From a virus (taxonomy: Duplodnaviria; Caudoviricetes), in IMG/VR virus record IMGVR_UViG_3300021376_000006: a stretch of 64,000 bases of DNA; one strand, 5' to 3'. Under the pieces are notes generated by a model that was given only the letters and a program-made list of their open reading frames with translations, was not told where the DNA came from and ran no database searches. The translations under genes and the position numbers were made by a program. This document shows, piece after piece, positions 61,693-64,000 of the stretch. Position 1 is the first letter of the stretch; each line of letters begins with the position of its first letter.

Positions 61693-62325
61693 TTATCTTG
61701 ACATCAGCTGGTCAACAAATTCGAGCAACAACTTATGATTGCCACCGTTCCAATGCTTACGCATCCAGGAATAATCATTATACCAATGTTGATCCGCTTC
61801 AAGATGACAACCAATTAAACCAATTCTGTTTTGTACGATTGCCATTGGAGCCGAGTTATAGTATTGAGATATGGTATTAAATTTGTATCCATCAAAAGTG
61901 CAACCATCGTAAAAATACATACCTAGCCGTTGACCATTCCAGGTAACGGGCATTTGTTTAGCGTGTGGCCTTCGTGTGCATGCAGTGGGATGCTTTATAT
62001 ATTGCTTGACTCTAACGCTGTCAAGTAATCCAAGATAATCAGTATCAGCCCAATAAGCACCCATACATATACCAAGATAATGACCTCCTGCTGCTACAAA
62101 GTTTCTAATGTGTTGTCCATTGTTACGCATTAAGTAATCAAAACTGTCGCTATCACCAACACCTCCGGGAACGGCTATGCAATCAACATCGTCAAAGAAA
62201 TCATCTTCTAGTTCGTGTTTTGTAAAGATTTTAAAACGGTAATTGCGCCCTAATGCCCTAATTATTCCGTTGACTGATTGTACAGAACATTTAGGCTGAT
62301 GAAGGAACAGAGCTATAGTTTTCAT
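61693..62325 (-). CDS. BPL_N / class I glutamine amidotransferase-like protein
   Basis: IAVPGG, GHYLGICMGAY, GCHLE. Confidence 0.75.
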   Translation of the reverse strand: MKTIALFLHQPKCSVQSVNGIIRALGRNYRFKIFTKHELEDDFFDDVDCIAVPGGVGDSDSFDYLMRNNGQHIRNFVAAGGHYLGICMGAYWADTDYLGLLDSVRVKQYIKHPTACTRRPHAKQMPVTWNGQRLGMYFYDGCTFDGYKFNTISQYYNSAPMAIVQNRIGLIGCHLEADQHWYNDYSWMRKHWNGGNHKLLLEFVDQLMSR

Positions 62326-62564
62326 TGTGAACGATACTTTACACCAACCCAAGTTCCTGCAAATGCACCAATTACTGCAGGAATCAACAAATACGGATTA
62401 TAGGCCGACCCTATTAGGGCAGAAGCATATAATATGTATAGTATAGCAGCCCACGTAGACGCTTTCAATGCTCGACTTTGCTGAATAGCTTGTATGTAGT
62501 ATGCATTGAACACGTCAGTAAAAAACATAGCAAAAAATGCTGCCGGGTATTCCCAAAATTCCAT
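62322..62564 (-). CDS. Small multi-TM protein
   Basis: 80 aa hydrophobic. Confidence 0.7.
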   Translation of the reverse strand: MEFWEYPAAFFAMFFTDVFNAYYIQAIQQSRALKASTWAAILYILYASALIGSAYNPYLLIPAVIGAFAGTWVGVKYRSQ

Positions 62565-62599
62565 TTGAAACTCAATATTTGCTATCTATTTATGTTAAT

Positions 62600-62620
62600 A
62601 AAAAAGCCCTTTAGGGGCTT
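62600..62620 (-). terminator. Intrinsic terminator after pstS
   Basis: AAGCCC-CTAAA-GGGCTT-TTT. Confidence 0.7.
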
Positions 62621-62632
62621 AGTTATATACTA

Positions 62633-63658
62633 TTATTTCCAAATTGGATTGTTGTCTGGACCACGGAACTCAGTTTTCCAAGTTTGTTGCACTAATCGAA
62701 TTACATCTTGTGGCATATGAACATATTCCAATTCAGTTGCCATCTGTCCGCCGTTCTTGTATGCCCAATCAAAGAACTTAAGAACTGCACGACCTGTTAG
62801 TGCGTCTGCTTGCTGTCGGTGCATTATAATAAAACTTGCACCTGTTGCTGGCCAAGCATCTTTCCCTGTTTGCCAGGTCAATAACAAATACATACCTGGT
62901 GCATTTGCCCAGTCTGCATTGGCTGTGGCTGCTTTGAATGTAGAATCATCAGGTGATACAAAGTTGCCATCACGGTTCTTCAGCTGTGCAAAGGCAATTT
63001 TATTGCGTTTGGCAAATGCATATTCCACATAACCAAAGGCACCTTTGATACGTTGTACCTGGGTGGCTACACCCTCGTTGCCTTTACCACCAACACCCAC
63101 CGGCCATTTCACAGCAGGACCTTCGCCAACTGCTTTAGCAAAATCAGCATTGGCTTTGCTTAAGAAGTTAGTCCAGATAAATGTTGTTCCAGAACCATCA
63201 GCACGATGTACTACCACGATTGGCAGTGCCGGAAGGTTGATACCAGGATTGATTTCAACAATCGCTCGATCGTTCCACTTGGAAATCTTACCCAGGTGAA
63301 TATTGGCAATGATATCTGGTGTGAGTCGTAGTTTGCCCGATTCAACACCATCTATGTTGTAGACTGGTACTACGCCGCCAATAATTGCTGGAAACTGAAC
63401 TAGCCCTTCTTTGTCTAATTCTTCTTTCTTGAGTGGCATGTCGCTGGCGCCAAAATCAACTGTTCGTGCCTTGATTTGGCGGATGCCGCCACCTGATCCA
63501 ATTGATTGATAGTTAAGACCTATGCCGGTTTGAGCTTTGTAAGCTTCTGCCCACTTGGCATAGATCGGGAATGGGAATGTTGCTCCCGCTCCGGTAAATT
63601 CTGCGGCGCTAGCATTGAGAGCCATAGCAGCAAAGAGTATTGCTAATAGTTTCTTCAT
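62633..63658 (-). CDS. pstS: Phosphate ABC transporter substrate-binding protein PstS
   Basis: GAGATFPFPIY, YQSIGSGGG, DFGASD, RADGSGTT, GKGNEGV. Confidence 0.97.
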   Translation of the reverse strand: MKKLLAILFAAMALNASAAEFTGAGATFPFPIYAKWAEAYKAQTGIGLNYQSIGSGGGIRQIKARTVDFGASDMPLKKEELDKEGLVQFPAIIGGVVPVYNIDGVESGKLRLTPDIIANIHLGKISKWNDRAIVEINPGINLPALPIVVVHRADGSGTTFIWTNFLSKANADFAKAVGEGPAVKWPVGVGGKGNEGVATQVQRIKGAFGYVEYAFAKRNKIAFAQLKNRDGNFVSPDDSTFKAATANADWANAPGMYLLLTWQTGKDAWPATGASFIIMHRQQADALTGRAVLKFFDWAYKNGGQMATELEYVHMPQDVIRLVQQTWKTEFRGPDNNPIWK

Positions 63659-63710
63659 CTTGTAATCTCCATATTAGGTGCATTGCACGCTAATATTTAA
63701 ACATCGTAAG

Positions 63711-63728
63711 ATTACAAGCGTGTTACAA
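63711..63728 (-). promoter_or_regulatory. Putative Pho box upstream of pstS
   Basis: TTGTAAC-ACGC-TTGTAAT (11-bp period), 10 nt upstream of TTAAAT. Confidence 0.6.
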
Positions 63729-63745
63729 AATCCAGTTTTTTGAAT

Positions 63746-64000
63746 TTATTTTTCCGTAATTATTAACCAACCAATTCTCTCAAGATCAGTTTTGACCTCG
63801 GGTGCTATAAATCCTTCTTCATGGAAGCAATCATCATAATCACTTTTCCATGCACCCGAACAATACCATGTCATGTAATCGCCTTCGCCACGTATGTCGG
63901 CTACTAGACCTCCGGCGTACCGCCATGTGCAACTCCAACGAATGTTTTGCAGTAGACCCCACATGTCTTTGGGTGCAAATTCGTTGTTACAAAGTGCAGC
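63746..64000 (-). CDS. Conserved phage hypothetical protein, C-terminal part (5' end outside window)
   Basis: AALCNNEF..WSCTWRYAGGLVADIRGEGDYMTWYCSG. Confidence 0.7.
   Translation of the reverse strand, partial: AALCNNEFAPKDMWGLLQNIRWSCTWRYAGGLVADIRGEGDYMTWYCSGAWKSDYDDCFHEEGFIAPEVKTDLERIGWLIITEK

Noticed and set aside
4459-63299. Numerous plus-strand ORFs antisense to long minus-strand genes (e.g. 8928-9449, 18174-18863, 25662-26069)
   Set aside because: Shadow ORFs with no SD, no motifs and atypical composition.
1-64000. Stop-codon recoding (code 15 or 4), suggested by the CTA-anticodon tRNA
   Set aside because: Long genes (clpA, 1176-aa structural, dnaE, pstS) are uninterrupted in code 11, and several genes end credibly in TAG or TGA.
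1-64000. CRISPR array, integrase, IS or intron/intein
   Set aside because: No repeat-spacer periodicity, recombinase/transposase motifs or interrupted conserved genes were seen.

Overview
A 64 kb segment of a large lytic tailed phage (T4-like/jumbo myovirus style). It uses the standard genetic code and about 90% of genes lie on the minus strand. PstS, ErpA, IF-1 and PqqA look betaproteobacterial, so the host is probably a freshwater Burkholderiales/Methylophilales bacterium (inference). From left to right: family B DNA polymerase (5' part); SpeD, aminotransferase and Dps; a block of probable virion-internal proteins with T4-like capsid-targeting N-termini; ClpA-DnaJ; a lysis cassette (spanins, GH19 endolysin, holin-like proteins); PhoH, nucleotidase, clamp loader, GroES, MazG; four baseplate/tail genes; ErpA, SOD, IF-1; many small ORFs; a ~13 kb array of 28 tRNA or tRNA-like genes (43961-56382) covering all 20 amino acids and interleaved with structured non-coding elements and oxygenase/radical-SAM genes; pqqA; a PHP-less DnaE; a degenerate amber-suppressor-like tRNA; and pstS with a Pho box. 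The best candidate for an undescribed system is a ribosome-mediated transcription attenuator at the head of the tRNA array (56817-57033). It has a leaderless 40-codon leader using 19 of 20 amino acids, plus mutually exclusive antiterminator and terminator hairpins, and so looks like a general tRNA-supply sensor. Other highlights are a phage pqqA beside a di-iron enzyme, several non-canonical tRNA folds, three genes whose TAG stop lies inside the next tRNA, and several CCA-ended or stem-closed ncRNA candidates. All calls are by eye; no database searches were run.
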